From Mycobacterium leprae (GTDB lineage Bacteria; Bacillota; Sulfobacillia; Symbiobacteriales; Symbiobacteriaceae): a stretch of 64,000 nt of DNA. How positions within the stretch are numbered: the stretch's first letter is position 1; every line of letters begins with the position of its first letter. Shown here one piece after another: positions 1 to 9,009 of this stretch. The position numbers were made by a program, and so were the translations under genes. Under the pieces are notes generated by a model. That model searched no databases. It was not told where the DNA came from and saw only the letters and a program-made list of their open reading frames with translations. Location of the stretch: contig JBLNEM010000509.1 of the NCBI GenBank assembly GCA_050262655.1, positions 794 through 64,793 of the forward strand. Reading direction: 5' to 3'.

Positions 1-852
1 TTTGATGCCACCAACGTCATCACCAGTCCCGCCGTTACTTGCATCACCAACATCGGGCTGGACCACACCCAGTGGCTGGGGTCGACCCATGAGCAGATCG
101 CCTACGACAAGGCGGGGATCATCAAGCCCGGTGTCCCCTGTGTGACCGGCACGCAGCATCAGGGGGCGCTGGAAGTCATTCGCGAGATAGCCGTCGCGAA
201 TGACGCACCGCTCTTGGAGGTATCCGCCGCGGACTACCGCGTGATTGGGTTCGGTCCGGAGGGGCAGAGTGTGGAGCTTCTTGGCGCACGGGGCTGGTAT
301 TCCAACGTGCATTTGGCGCTGTTGGGGCGCCATCAGGCCAACAACGCCGCCGTTGCACTGCGGGTGCTGGAATTGGCTGGCCTGAATGAACAGGCCATAC
401 GGGACGGATTCCAACGGGTCATCTGGCCGGGGCGCTTCGAACTCATGCAACTGCCCGAGGGCCCCCTTGTGGTGATAGACGCCGCACATAATCCGGCCAA
501 ATGCGCAGCACTGACCGAAAGCGTCTCGGCATACTTCCCTGGGCGCCCGGTCAGCCTGGTGTTAGGCGTTTTGGCTGACAAGGAAGTCTCGGAGATGATC
601 AGGCCGCTGTTAGCCCTGGCCCAGGATGTCTGGGCAACCACCCCAGAGAGTCCGCGGCAGTTGCCCGCGGCCGGTCTGGCCGAGCTATGCCGTCAGGCTG
701 GGAAGCAGGTGGGGGTGCAACCTGAGATTGCGGCAGCGGTGGAGTCCGCGGTTTCTGCAACCCGGCCGGGCGGGGTCGTCCTGGTCACTGGCTCGTTCTA
801 CACGGTTGGTCCCGCACGGCGTTACCTCCGTGCGCGCACAAGGGGTGCATAA
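1..852 (+). CDS. folC: Folylpolyglutamate synthase / dihydrofolate synthase, C-terminal part (5' end lies outside the window)
   Basis: Frame 1 is open from nt 1. The translation FDATNVITSPAVTCITNIGLDHTQWLG...EQIAYDKAGIIKPGVP...VIDAAHNP...LVTGSFY matches Mur-ligase/FolC motifs. Its position upstream of maf-radC-mreBCD is as in Bacillus. Confidence 0.85.
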   Translation, partial: FDATNVITSPAVTCITNIGLDHTQWLGSTHEQIAYDKAGIIKPGVPCVTGTQHQGALEVIREIAVANDAPLLEVSAADYRVIGFGPEGQSVELLGARGWYSNVHLALLGRHQANNAAVALRVLELAGLNEQAIRDGFQRVIWPGRFELMQLPEGPLVVIDAAHNPAKCAALTESVSAYFPGRPVSLVLGVLADKEVSEMIRPLLALAQDVWATTPESPRQLPAAGLAELCRQAGKQVGVQPEIAAAVESAVSATRPGGVVLVTGSFYTVGPARRYLRARTRGA

Positions 853-984
853 GAGGGGTCCTGTCCGCATAGGGTTGGTTGGGAAATAGACCCGCCAGGA
901 CAAAGCCGTGTCTGCCCGGAACCATGGCCGGGCAACAGACGAGTCCCGCCGGCGGGGGAAACCACCCAAGCGGGAGGGTATCGT

Positions 985-1803
985 ATGCAACGGTTTGGCC
1001 GTTCGGCGCAACTGAAGAAGGATGGGTGGGGCGGCAGCTTTATCCTGGTCGCCATCCTCGTCCTGGCCGGTGCCTACTACATCGGCAACTGGTTCAGTGG
1101 GAACATCAACGGTAACAAGACAGCCAGCGATTCGCCCATTGGCATCGCTGACGGCGGCGCCGGGGGTAGCGCCGCGATGGCGGAACCCCATTCGTTCCAA
1201 CTTTATTTCGTACAAGCAGGCGCGTTCCGGTCCGAGTCCAGCGCCCGGAAATTGGCGAGCACGCTCACCGAACAGAACTACCCAGCGATGGTGACCGGCA
1301 AGGATCAGGCAGGCTATAACCACGTCTATGCTGGTGTCTACACCAGTGCGGAAACTGCCACCAACGTCCGGACGAAGCTTGTAGCTGACGGCCTGACCGA
1401 AGGGGCATTCACTTATACCGTGCCGGTCAACTTCACCGAGGAGACGGTGGCGGCAACCTCAGCAGCGAACAAGGGAGACGACTCCCGGAGCGCTCTGCAA
1501 GCCCTTAACCAGTACCTGTACGAGGGAGCGGTCTGGCTGGAAAGCAGAGCGACCAATGGCACGGCCACCCCCACCGAGATCACAACCTTGGGCCAGAAGC
1601 TAGGCGGGCTGGCCGCCAAGATGAGTGGATCGACCGACCAAAAGGCCAGTAAGCTAGCCAAGATGGTCGGCGATGCCAGCGTAAACGCCAAGGACATGGA
1701 GACTGCAGCCAGCGCCGGGCTAAGCGGGTCCGAATTCCAGAAGGCAACCAGCGGCTACCTGAGCCTCCTGAAAGCCTATCGGGATCTGCAGGCCGGCCAG
1801 TAA
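985..1803 (+). CDS. SPOR-domain membrane protein
   Basis: N-terminal TM helix (WGGSFILVAILVLAGAYYIG) followed by a SPOR-like repeat (FQLYFVQAGAFRSESSARKLASTLTEQNYPAMV...YNHVYAGVYTSAETATNVRTKL). Confidence 0.6.
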   Translation: MQRFGRSAQLKKDGWGGSFILVAILVLAGAYYIGNWFSGNINGNKTASDSPIGIADGGAGGSAAMAEPHSFQLYFVQAGAFRSESSARKLASTLTEQNYPAMVTGKDQAGYNHVYAGVYTSAETATNVRTKLVADGLTEGAFTYTVPVNFTEETVAATSAANKGDDSRSALQALNQYLYEGAVWLESRATNGTATPTEITTLGQKLGGLAAKMSGSTDQKASKLAKMVGDASVNAKDMETAASAGLSGSEFQKATSGYLSLLKAYRDLQAGQ

Positions 1804-1855
1804 GGAACCTGGAGCGGAGCCGTTTCATGGTGGCGGACTCCAGTCGGCAATGGGC

Positions 1856-1890
1856 AAAAAAGGCGTCCGATCACTGATCGGGCGCCTTTT
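1856..1890. terminator. Bidirectional intrinsic terminator between convergent genes
   Basis: An 11-bp stem GGCGTCCGATC/GATCGGGCGCC (one G-U pair) with a 3-nt loop, flanked by an A-run upstream and a T-run downstream. Confidence 0.6.
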
Positions 1891-1900
1891 CAGCACTAAC

Positions 1901-2359
1901 TCAGTCTTCATTTGGACCCAACTCACTACGCAGGAGGGCACAGCTTTGAGGGGAGACCCGGGTATTCTCTACCTGGGTAGCCCAGTGCTTCGCTCCCTCC
2001 GAGCCAAAACAAGCGACGAATTGGTTTGCTGTCCCTTCTGACTGGGAAAGGCCCAGACTGGCCATAAGCAGGTGGGCCGCTTCGTGGGCGGCCACCTTTC
2101 GCAGCTGCTCCTCGTTGTAATAGTGGTTCCACAGAACAATCACATACTGTTGTGCGGATGGCAGGATCACCGTGTTGCCGGCGGAGTTCCAGCGATCAAG
2201 GGCCACAATCTCATAGGGGGGTAGCTCAAAGCCTTTGGCTTCGATGCCGGCGATTTCGTCGTTGGCGACGCTGATGACACTTGTTTCTGCCCGGGCCAGA
2301 GGAACACATACCAGAAGGGTGGTCATCGCCACCAACACAAACCAGCGGTAACGGGACAT
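1901..2359 (-). CDS. Small secreted protein with an HExxH motif (putative Zn-metallopeptidase-like, function unknown)
   Basis: Signal peptide MSRYRWFVLVAMTTLLVCVPLARA, followed by an HEAAH motif (KVAAHEAAHLLM). Confidence 0.45.
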   Translation of the reverse strand: MSRYRWFVLVAMTTLLVCVPLARAETSVISVANDEIAGIEAKGFELPPYEIVALDRWNSAGNTVILPSAQQYVIVLWNHYYNEEQLRKVAAHEAAHLLMASLGLSQSEGTANQFVACFGSEGAKHWATQVENTRVSPQSCALLRSELGPNED

Positions 2360-2725
2360 CCTGTGAGCCCCCTTCGCAACAGGTGGCGGCCATCTTCATC
2401 CAATATCTACCAATTAGGACGAATTAGAGGGCTTTCTTGTTCGGCTGATTACCATTATTCGGCAAAATATGGGAGTAGAGACCTACGAACTGCGACTTCT
2501 GTCCAGGAGTCTGCAAGTCTTGAGTCACTCTCCGTGCAAACTAGAGGCGGGAGCAATACCAGCCAAGAAGGTTCCCTCGGATGGCATAGATTGCCAATTG
2601 CTGTGTTCTCTGTTATGCTGGATTCACTAGTGGATATCAAAGGATTTTAGCGCTCCAGCCCCGAAACCATCAGCATTCCATTGCCGTCATACCCTAGGGA
2701 TACGGCTGATTAGGAGGCTTCGTCT

Positions 2726-2965
2726 GTGAGTCGTGGCTGGCTCGCTTTTATGTGGGCGGTAATAGGTGCTGTAGTAGGGCAGCTTCTAGGCGTAGCACTA
2801 GCACACCAGGTACCATTGCTCAATCAGTCACTGCAACTCGGTTTTCCGCCTACCCCTCTAAACCTGAGTTTCATTGTTCTTACGCTGGGCCTTCAGCTAC
2901 GGCTATCCATTGCCGGCGCGGCTGGACTGGTGTTAGCCCTCTGGCTTGCATTGCGCAACGCCTGA
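2726..2965 (+). CDS. Small two-TM membrane protein, DUF4321-like
   Basis: A 79-aa hydrophobic protein directly upstream of maf, the usual position of DUF4321 genes in Firmicutes. Confidence 0.5.
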   Translation: MSRGWLAFMWAVIGAVVGQLLGVALAHQVPLLNQSLQLGFPPTPLNLSFIVLTLGLQLRLSIAGAAGLVLALWLALRNA

Positions 2966-2980
2966 ACTGGGAGTGAAGTC

Positions 2981-3550
2981 ATCCTGGACATCATCCTTGC
3001 ATCTGCCTCGCCCAGACGGCAGGAACTTTTACAGCAGCTAGGGATCGCCTTCCAGGTGGTTCCCAGCAACTTTGATGAAAGTGCCGCAAATCCGATGGCA
3101 CCCGGGGCTCTGGTCGAGCACCTCGCGTTGATGAAAGCGCGGGACGTGGCCAGGCAGTATCCTGGGGCGCTGGTGTTAGGAGCCGATACCATTGTGGTGG
3201 CAGAGGGAAAGGTATTGGGGAAGCCCAGGAACCGGGACCATGCCATTGCCATGTTGGAAGCCCTTGCTGATCGCACGCATGAGGTTATGACAGGCGTGGC
3301 CCTGCTGCACGCGGGCCAGGAGCTTGTATCCCACGAGGTCACGGCCGTACGCTTCGGTCCCATGACCGCAGCCCAGATCGAGCGGTACGTCGATTCCGGC
3401 GAACCGATGGACAAAGCTGGCGCCTACGCCATTCAAGGGCGGGCTGCCGGCGTGATTCAGGGGATTAACGGCGACTACTCGAACGTTGTCGGGCTTCCCA
3501 TCTACCGCACCGTGCAGATGCTTTCTCGCTTTGGCATTGAAGTTTTGTAG
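2981..3550 (+). CDS. maf: Maf-like nucleoside triphosphate pyrophosphatase (septum formation protein Maf); start codon is non-canonical or uncertain
   Basis: The conserved Maf N-terminus ILDIILASASPRRQELLQQLGIAFQVV is encoded at 2981-3055, upstream of the first ATG/GTG/TTG at 3056. A GGGAG Shine-Dalgarno sits at 2969-2973. The remainder (DTIVV...GKP...A...L.GR.H.V.TGVAL...GAYAIQG) is typical Maf. Confidence 0.85.
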   Translation: MLDIILASASPRRQELLQQLGIAFQVVPSNFDESAANPMAPGALVEHLALMKARDVARQYPGALVLGADTIVVAEGKVLGKPRNRDHAIAMLEALADRTHEVMTGVALLHAGQELVSHEVTAVRFGPMTAAQIERYVDSGEPMDKAGAYAIQGRAAGVIQGINGDYSNVVGLPIYRTVQMLSRFGIEVL

Positions 3551-3579
3551 GGAGGCCCTGAAGAAAGGGGCAAACCTGT

Positions 3580-4287
3580 ATGTCAGTGCCGATGAGAGCG
3601 ATTCCCCCGGATGAGCGCCCCCGGGAGCGGTTGGTCCGCCTCGGCGTGGAGCAGCTGTCCGATGCTGAGTTGTTGGCGGTCCTCATGGGAACCGGCATCA
3701 GGGGCGCTTCGGTCATGGACCTGGCGCAACGGTTGCTGGCTCACTGTGAAAAGCAGCAGCCAGGGTATGGTCTCCAGTACCTTCTGGAGTTACGTGGGGA
3801 AGAACTGAAGCGGGTCATCCCCGGCATTGGGCCAGTAAAGCTTGGACAAGTGCTGGCGGGTCTGCAATTGGGCCTGCGAGCAGGCCGCAAATCGCTTTTG
3901 CGCCATGAACTCAGCAATCCCCGTGCAGTGTATGACTACTTGGCGCCACAACTGACCCACGCATCGCAGGAACAGTTTATGGTAATCTTGTTAAACGCAA
4001 AGAATCGTGTGATTGACGTCGAAAAGATTTCCGTAGGAACTTTAACCGCCTCCTTGGTTCACCCGAGAGAGGTTTTCCGACCAGCAATTCGCCGCAGTGC
4101 TCACGCTGTCGTTTTGGCCCATAACCACCCCAGCGGTGATCCCACCCCGAGTCGTGAGGATCGTGCGTTGACGCAACGCTTGATTCGTGCCGGCAAGGAA
4201 CTGGGGATTGAGGTGCTCGATCACGTCGTGGTCGGGGACGGCAAGTACATCAGCTTTCGTGAGCGTGGGCTTGCGGATTGGTCTTAG
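3580..4287 (+). CDS. radC: RadC-family JAB/MPN domain protein
   Basis: HhH-like N-terminus (LSDAELLAVLMGTG) and the JAMM motif HNHPSGDPTPSREDRALTQRL. Confidence 0.9.
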   Translation: MSVPMRAIPPDERPRERLVRLGVEQLSDAELLAVLMGTGIRGASVMDLAQRLLAHCEKQQPGYGLQYLLELRGEELKRVIPGIGPVKLGQVLAGLQLGLRAGRKSLLRHELSNPRAVYDYLAPQLTHASQEQFMVILLNAKNRVIDVEKISVGTLTASLVHPREVFRPAIRRSAHAVVLAHNHPSGDPTPSREDRALTQRLIRAGKELGIEVLDHVVVGDGKYISFRERGLADWS

Positions 4288-4321
4288 AACTGTCGCTGCC
4301 TGAAGAAAGGGGAACTGCACC

Positions 4322-5335
4322 ATGTCATTCATGTTTGCGCGCGATATGGGGATCGACCTGGGAACGGCCAACACTCTGGTGTACGTGAAGGGCCGCGGCA
4401 TTGTTATTCAGGAGCCGTCCGTTGTGGCGGTCGACCGTGACAAGAAGGAACCGCTGGCCGTCGGGGTTGAGGCCAAGCAGATGCTGGGACGGACGCCTGG
4501 AAATATCATTGCGATTCGTCCGCTGAAAGACGGAGTCATTGCTGACTTCGACATCACGCAGACGATGCTCAAGTACTTCATCCAGAAGGCCTATCCTCGG
4601 CGCGCCCCCTTCCGGCCGCGCGTGGTCATCGGCATTCCTTCCGGCGTCACCGGCGTGGAACGGCGCGCTGTGCAGGATGCTGCCCAGCAGGCCGGAGCAC
4701 GTGAGGCGTTCACCATTGAGGAGCCGATGGCGGCTGCGATCGGCGCCGGGCTTCCTGTGGATGAGCCCACTGGCAGCATGGTGGTCGACATCGGCGGCGG
4801 TACCACGGAGGTCGCGATCATCTCGCTTGGCGGCCTGGTTACGGCGAAGTCGATTCGTGTGGCGGGCGACGAACTGGACGAAGCGATCGTGCAGTACGTG
4901 AAGCGCACTTACAATATGTTGATCGGTGAGCGCACCGGCGAAGAGGTCAAGATGGCCATTGGATCGGCCTATGCGGCGGGTCCAGAGGAGTCGATGGAGA
5001 TTCGTGGTCGCGATCTCGTAACCGGTCTGCCTAGGACGCTGCGGGTTACTTCAGAAGAGATCCGGAAGGCGATTCAGGAGCCTGTTCAGGCCATTCTTGA
5101 GGCCATCAAGGTGACCTTGGAGAACACGCCTCCCGAGTTGGCGGCGGACATCATGGACCGCGGCATTGTGATGACGGGCGGCGGGGCGCTCCTGAAGGGG
5201 TTGGATGTGCTTATTTCCAAGGAGACCGGCATGCCGGTTCATGTGGCGGATGAGCCGCTCCTTTGCGTAGTCAAGGGAACCGGTAAAACCCTGGACAACA
5301 TTGACATTCTGAGGCGGGTGGCGCGCCAGTCCTAG
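4322..5335 (+). CDS. mreB: Rod shape-determining actin homologue MreB
   Basis: [22 protein letters not shown]...[16 protein letters not shown]...[12 protein letters not shown]. Confidence 0.95.
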   Translation: MSFMFARDMGIDLGTANTLVYVKGRGIVIQEPSVVAVDRDKKEPLAVGVEAKQMLGRTPGNIIAIRPLKDGVIADFDITQTMLKYFIQKAYPRRAPFRPRVVIGIPSGVTGVERRAVQDAAQQAGAREAFTIEEPMAAAIGAGLPVDEPTGSMVVDIGGGTTEVAIISLGGLVTAKSIRVAGDELDEAIVQYVKRTYNMLIGERTGEEVKMAIGSAYAAGPEESMEIRGRDLVTGLPRTLRVTSEEIRKAIQEPVQAILEAIKVTLENTPPELAADIMDRGIVMTGGGALLKGLDVLISKETGMPVHVADEPLLCVVKGTGKTLDNIDILRRVARQS

Positions 5336-5358
5336 CACGCCGTCATTGCAGGGAAGGC

Positions 5359-6219
5359 GTGGTGCGATCACCGATGAGAAATAATAAGCAGTTACGGCGT
5401 CTCGGGGCGGCTCTTGTTGTCCTGGTGTTGATCTTCGGCTTTATGTCTGCCACGGCCCGGGACCGCTCAGAGGTGACCGTAGTAGAGAAGGCAATTTCCA
5501 CCCTTCTCTACCCACTTCAGGTGGCAACTGATTGGGTGGCCGAGCGCTTTCGGGGCGTAGGCCAGTCTGTGCAGGAGTTAACCCACCTGCGTGAGGAGAA
5601 CGCCCAGCTTCGCTCACAAGTGCAGCAAGCTTCGCAACTGGCGGCGCGCAATCAACTGCTGGAGCAGGAGAACCAAACACTGCGTAGCGAGCTACAGCTG
5701 AAGGCGGAATCCAAATACCCGCTGGTTGCGGCCACAGTCATTAGCCGTTCGCCCGACGCCTGGTACCGTACGGTCACTATCAACCGGGGCAGCCGGGAAG
5801 GCGTCAAGCCAAACATGGCGGTCGTCAACTGGCAGGGACTCGTTGGCAAGGTACTACAGACTACGCCGTTTACTTCCACTGTGCAGTTGGCGACTGACGC
5901 CGGTTTTGGCCAGACCGGTTTCGGTGTGGGGGCAAAGCTCCCCACTGGCGAGCTCGGCATCATCGAAACCGTACAGGGTGGCTATCTGCGCATGCACTTC
6001 TTCTCCAACTTCCCCTCGGTGCAACTGGGTCAGCCCATCTTTACCTCGGGGGCGGGGTTGCTCCCGGGGGATCTGCTGATTGGGTATGCCGAAAGCTTTA
6101 ACACTAGTGGCTCCTCCTTCGATAAATACGTGAACATCCGTCCGTCCGTCGACTTCCACAAGCTTGATGTGGTACAAGTGGTGCTCACCACCACAGACGG
6201 GGGGGCGAAAGGCCAGTGA
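5359..6219 (+). CDS. mreC: Rod shape-determining protein MreC
   Basis: N-terminal TM helix, a coiled-coil (LREENAQLRSQV...LLEQENQTLRSEL), then a beta-barrel domain. Gene order is mreB-mreC-mreD. Confidence 0.85.
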   Translation: MVRSPMRNNKQLRRLGAALVVLVLIFGFMSATARDRSEVTVVEKAISTLLYPLQVATDWVAERFRGVGQSVQELTHLREENAQLRSQVQQASQLAARNQLLEQENQTLRSELQLKAESKYPLVAATVISRSPDAWYRTVTINRGSREGVKPNMAVVNWQGLVGKVLQTTPFTSTVQLATDAGFGQTGFGVGAKLPTGELGIIETVQGGYLRMHFFSNFPSVQLGQPIFTSGAGLLPGDLLIGYAESFNTSGSSFDKYVNIRPSVDFHKLDVVQVVLTTTDGGAKGQ

Positions 6220-6734
6220 GATACTGGGTTTTAGCCGGTATGGTGGTCATCGCCTTCCTGCTTCAGTCAGTAGTGTCAGCTTACCTGGCGCTGTGGGGTG
6301 TTACTCCCGACTTCCTGCTTGTACTGACGGTGACTTACGGTCTGCTGTTTGGCTGGCGGGTAGGGCTTGGGGCGGGTGCTCTTGGTGGATTATTGACGGA
6401 CCTGACCTCTGGTCGGCTGATCGGTCTCCATGTTTTGGCATTATCCCTGGTCGGCCTGTTGGCCGGACTGGTGGAGGAGCGGGTGTTCAAGGATAATCGG
6501 TTACTCCCGCCGGTTGCCGGGTTCATAGGCGCCATCGTAGGCCAGACGGTCGTGCTCCTGTGCTTGGTCATGTTCGGTTGGCAGGTCCCCTTTGCCGGTA
6601 CATTCCGGTACTCCATTCTGCCGGCTGCCGTCTACGACATGTTCCTGGCCTCGCTGATCTATGGCAGAATATATAAGTACTATCTATACCTAAGACCAGA
6701 TCCCCGGGGTACCATTGTCATACGCAAACACTAA
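6216..6734 (+). CDS. mreD: Rod shape-determining protein MreD
   Basis: Polytopic 172-aa membrane protein. It has a 4-nt start/stop overlap with mreC. Confidence 0.8.
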   Translation: MRYWVLAGMVVIAFLLQSVVSAYLALWGVTPDFLLVLTVTYGLLFGWRVGLGAGALGGLLTDLTSGRLIGLHVLALSLVGLLAGLVEERVFKDNRLLPPVAGFIGAIVGQTVVLLCLVMFGWQVPFAGTFRYSILPAAVYDMFLASLIYGRIYKYYLYLRPDPRGTIVIRKH

Positions 6735-6737
6735 AGT

Positions 6738-6756
6738 GACGGGCCGTTGGCCCGTC
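6738..6756 (+). terminator. GC hairpin after mreD (weak U-tract)
   Basis: GACGGGCC-gtt-GGCCCGTC lies 4 nt after the mreD stop and is followed by cttgcttgtt. Confidence 0.4.
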
Positions 6757-7069
6757 CTTGCTTGTTCACTGGCGGTGTCCCCACTGCCAGGATCCACAGC
6801 AGATTGCCATTGCAATTTCCATTGGTGGCCTACCCGGAACCCCAAACCTTGGCATCATTTGTATACCCACCAACTATCCCAATGGGATGCAAGCCCTCTG
6901 ACAGAAGTGTCGCGGGGTTGGTAATGAGAGGAAGCACGAACGGGAGAACTGGTTTTCGGCGACATTTTTGTGTAAAACGAGCAGGAGTTACGCGGCTGTG
7001 GGAGAATTTAACTCAGAGGAGAACCATACCTCGGAGTAACCAATCTGGTTACAGGGTAGTGAGCAACCC

Positions 7070-7747
7070 ATGCGTCAAGACATTGTTATTCGTGGTACCA
7101 CCAAGTCTGGTCTGTCGATCGTATTGCCAGACGACATGGAATTGGATGCAGCCCTTGGACGCCTACAGGAAAAGCTGACGCAGGGTGGTCGGTTTTTTCA
7201 GGGAGCTGAGGTGACTGTCCTGGTGGGTCGTAGGAATCTGGCTGAGAAGGATCGGAAGGCCATCGGTCAAGTTCTACAGGAAGCACAAATGGTGCTTCGC
7301 CGTGTAGGCCCCGGTGGCGACCCAGTGGCGGAGGGGCAGGCGGTTGTCAGGGCACAGGACCCCGGTCATTCCAGTGGTGGGGCTGCTACTAGCCCACAAC
7401 CTGGAACGGGGAAAACCCTGGTGGTGAACCGTACGCTTCGTTCGGGACAACTAATTCGCCATGAGGGCGATGTTGTTGTGCTGGGCGATGTAAACCCCGG
7501 TGCCGAGATCGTTGCGAGTGGTAATATCGTAGTTATGGGCGCACTAAGGGGCGTTGCCCACGCCGGCTGTACAGGAAATGTGGAAGCCATCGTGGCGGCG
7601 GCCAAGCTGCGTCCCACCCAGTTACGTATAGCGCAGGTCATTGGGCGCTCGCCCGATGAACAGGAAGAGTTACAAGCCGTTCCTGAGGTTGCACGGGTAC
7701 GGGATGGGATCATTGTGGTGGAGACGCCGACGGAACCCAAACGGTAG
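7070..7747 (+). CDS. minC: Septum site-determining protein MinC
   Basis: The C-terminal beta-helix motif LRSGQLIRHEGDVVVLGDVNPGAEIVASGNIVVMGALRGVAHAG, positioned before minD. Confidence 0.85.
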   Translation: MRQDIVIRGTTKSGLSIVLPDDMELDAALGRLQEKLTQGGRFFQGAEVTVLVGRRNLAEKDRKAIGQVLQEAQMVLRRVGPGGDPVAEGQAVVRAQDPGHSSGGAATSPQPGTGKTLVVNRTLRSGQLIRHEGDVVVLGDVNPGAEIVASGNIVVMGALRGVAHAGCTGNVEAIVAAAKLRPTQLRIAQVIGRSPDEQEELQAVPEVARVRDGIIVVETPTEPKR

Positions 7748-7788
7748 GTATGGGCGCCTGAAGCGACGGGTGCGAAGGAGGAACGTGA

Positions 7789-8595
7789 ATGGGACAGATC
7801 ATCGTTGTTACCTCTGGGAAAGGCGGGGTCGGCAAGACTACGACCGTTGCTAACCTGGGCACCGCACTGGCCCAGTTGGGTAACAAGGTTGTCTTGTTGG
7901 ACGCAGACATTGGTCTGCGGAATTTGGACGTTGTCATGGGTCTGGAGAATCGCATCGTCTTTGACCTGGTTGATGTTATTGAAGGCCACGCCCGCCTGAA
8001 GCAGGCGTTGATCAAAGACAAGCGTATGGAATCGCTCTATCTGCTGGCCGCAGCACAGACTCGGGAGAAGAAAGACGTCACTCCGGCTCAGATGAAAGAG
8101 CTGACCGAGCAGCTCGCCCGAGAGTTTGACTTTGTGGTGCTGGACTGCCCGGCAGGCATTGAGGATGGCTTCAAGAATGCCATCGCCGGTGCGCAGAAGG
8201 CCATTATTGTCTGTAACCCAGAGGTTTCCTCTGTGCGGGATGCCGACCGGGTTATTGGTTTGTGGGACGCTCAGGCTGATGCCAAGAGTCCTGCCATGTT
8301 GATCGTCAACCGGGTCCGGCCGAAGATGGTGGCCCAGGGTGACATGCTCGAGATCGACGACATGCTGGAGATGTTGGCGGTGGATCTGCTCGGCATTGTG
8401 CCGGAAGATGAGCATATCATCGTCTCCACCAACCGGGGTGAACCGGCGGTCTATCACCGGGAGAGCCGTGCTGGTCAGGCATACCTGAACATTGCCCACC
8501 GACTCATGGGTGAGCAGGTGCCGCTGATGCAGTTGGAGTCTGAGGGCGGGTTCTGGGCGAGATTGAAGCGGATAGTCGGCCTCAGCAGGGGCTAG
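7789..8595 (+). CDS. minD: Septum site-determining ATPase MinD
   Basis: Deviant Walker A motif GKGGVGKTT, and a C-terminal amphipathic helix GFWARLKRIVG. Confidence 0.95.
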   Translation: MGQIIVVTSGKGGVGKTTTVANLGTALAQLGNKVVLLDADIGLRNLDVVMGLENRIVFDLVDVIEGHARLKQALIKDKRMESLYLLAAAQTREKKDVTPAQMKELTEQLAREFDFVVLDCPAGIEDGFKNAIAGAQKAIIVCNPEVSSVRDADRVIGLWDAQADAKSPAMLIVNRVRPKMVAQGDMLEIDDMLEMLAVDLLGIVPEDEHIIVSTNRGEPAVYHRESRAGQAYLNIAHRLMGEQVPLMQLESEGGFWARLKRIVGLSRG

Positions 8596-8610
8596 AAAGG
8601 GGGGCGTACC

Positions 8611-8886
8611 TTGCTGGACCTAATTGCCAAGGTATTCGGTCGCGAATCCTCAAGCGCAGATATTGCGAAGGAGCGGCTGCGGCTGGTTCTGGTGCACGAC
8701 CGGACCAACGTTTCGCCCCAATTTCTGGAGTCCCTGAAGGAAGAACTGATTGGCGTCATCTCTCGTTACATGGAGATTGACTCCGAACAGATCGAGGTGG
8801 CCTTGCAGAGCGCCGAGAATCAGGTCGCACTGGTAGCCAACATCCCCATTCGTCGGATGAAGAGGGCTGCAGTGGGCGGTCAGTAG
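8611..8886 (+). CDS. minE: Cell division topological specificity factor MinE
   Basis: A 91-aa protein with AKERLRLVLVHDR...SPQFLESLKEELIGVISRY; TTG start. Confidence 0.9.
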   Translation: MLDLIAKVFGRESSSADIAKERLRLVLVHDRTNVSPQFLESLKEELIGVISRYMEIDSEQIEVALQSAENQVALVANIPIRRMKRAAVGGQ

Positions 8887-8893
8887 TAAAGCA

Positions 8894-8927
8894 AAGAAAC
8901 CACCGGGTCACCGGTGGTTTCTTTTTT
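8894..8927 (+). terminator. Intrinsic terminator after minE
   Basis: AAAGAAACCACCGG-gtca-CCGGTGGTTTCTTT followed by a T-run. Confidence 0.75.
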
Positions 8928-9009
8928 GTTTACCCGGTATTTTCGGATGTCGTTTATAATAGTGGGGTGTGGGACAACAAGTGCGGCGGCGCGAAGAGGG
9001 GGTCGAACG

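Noticed and set aside
6747-7178. 143-aa ORF in the mreD-minC spacer, running into minC
   Set aside because: It starts inside the mreD terminator hairpin and overlaps the minC start in another frame. It has no Shine-Dalgarno and a Pro/Arg-rich composition without motifs.
7366-8499. 377-aa minus-strand ORF opposite minC and minD. The same applies to 21844-22881 opposite the ABC ATPase, 34407-35516 opposite pdhC, and 37212-38309 opposite the HTH and sigma genes.
   Set aside because: All lie antisense to genes with strong family signatures, and none has a plausible Shine-Dalgarno or a domain signature.
8914-9009. Extra 32 N-terminal codons on rodA (ORF track start at 8914)
   Set aside because: These codons overlap the minE intrinsic terminator and its T-tract. 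The ATG at 9010 yields a normal RodA N-terminus (MNIDVRLLRYLDK...).
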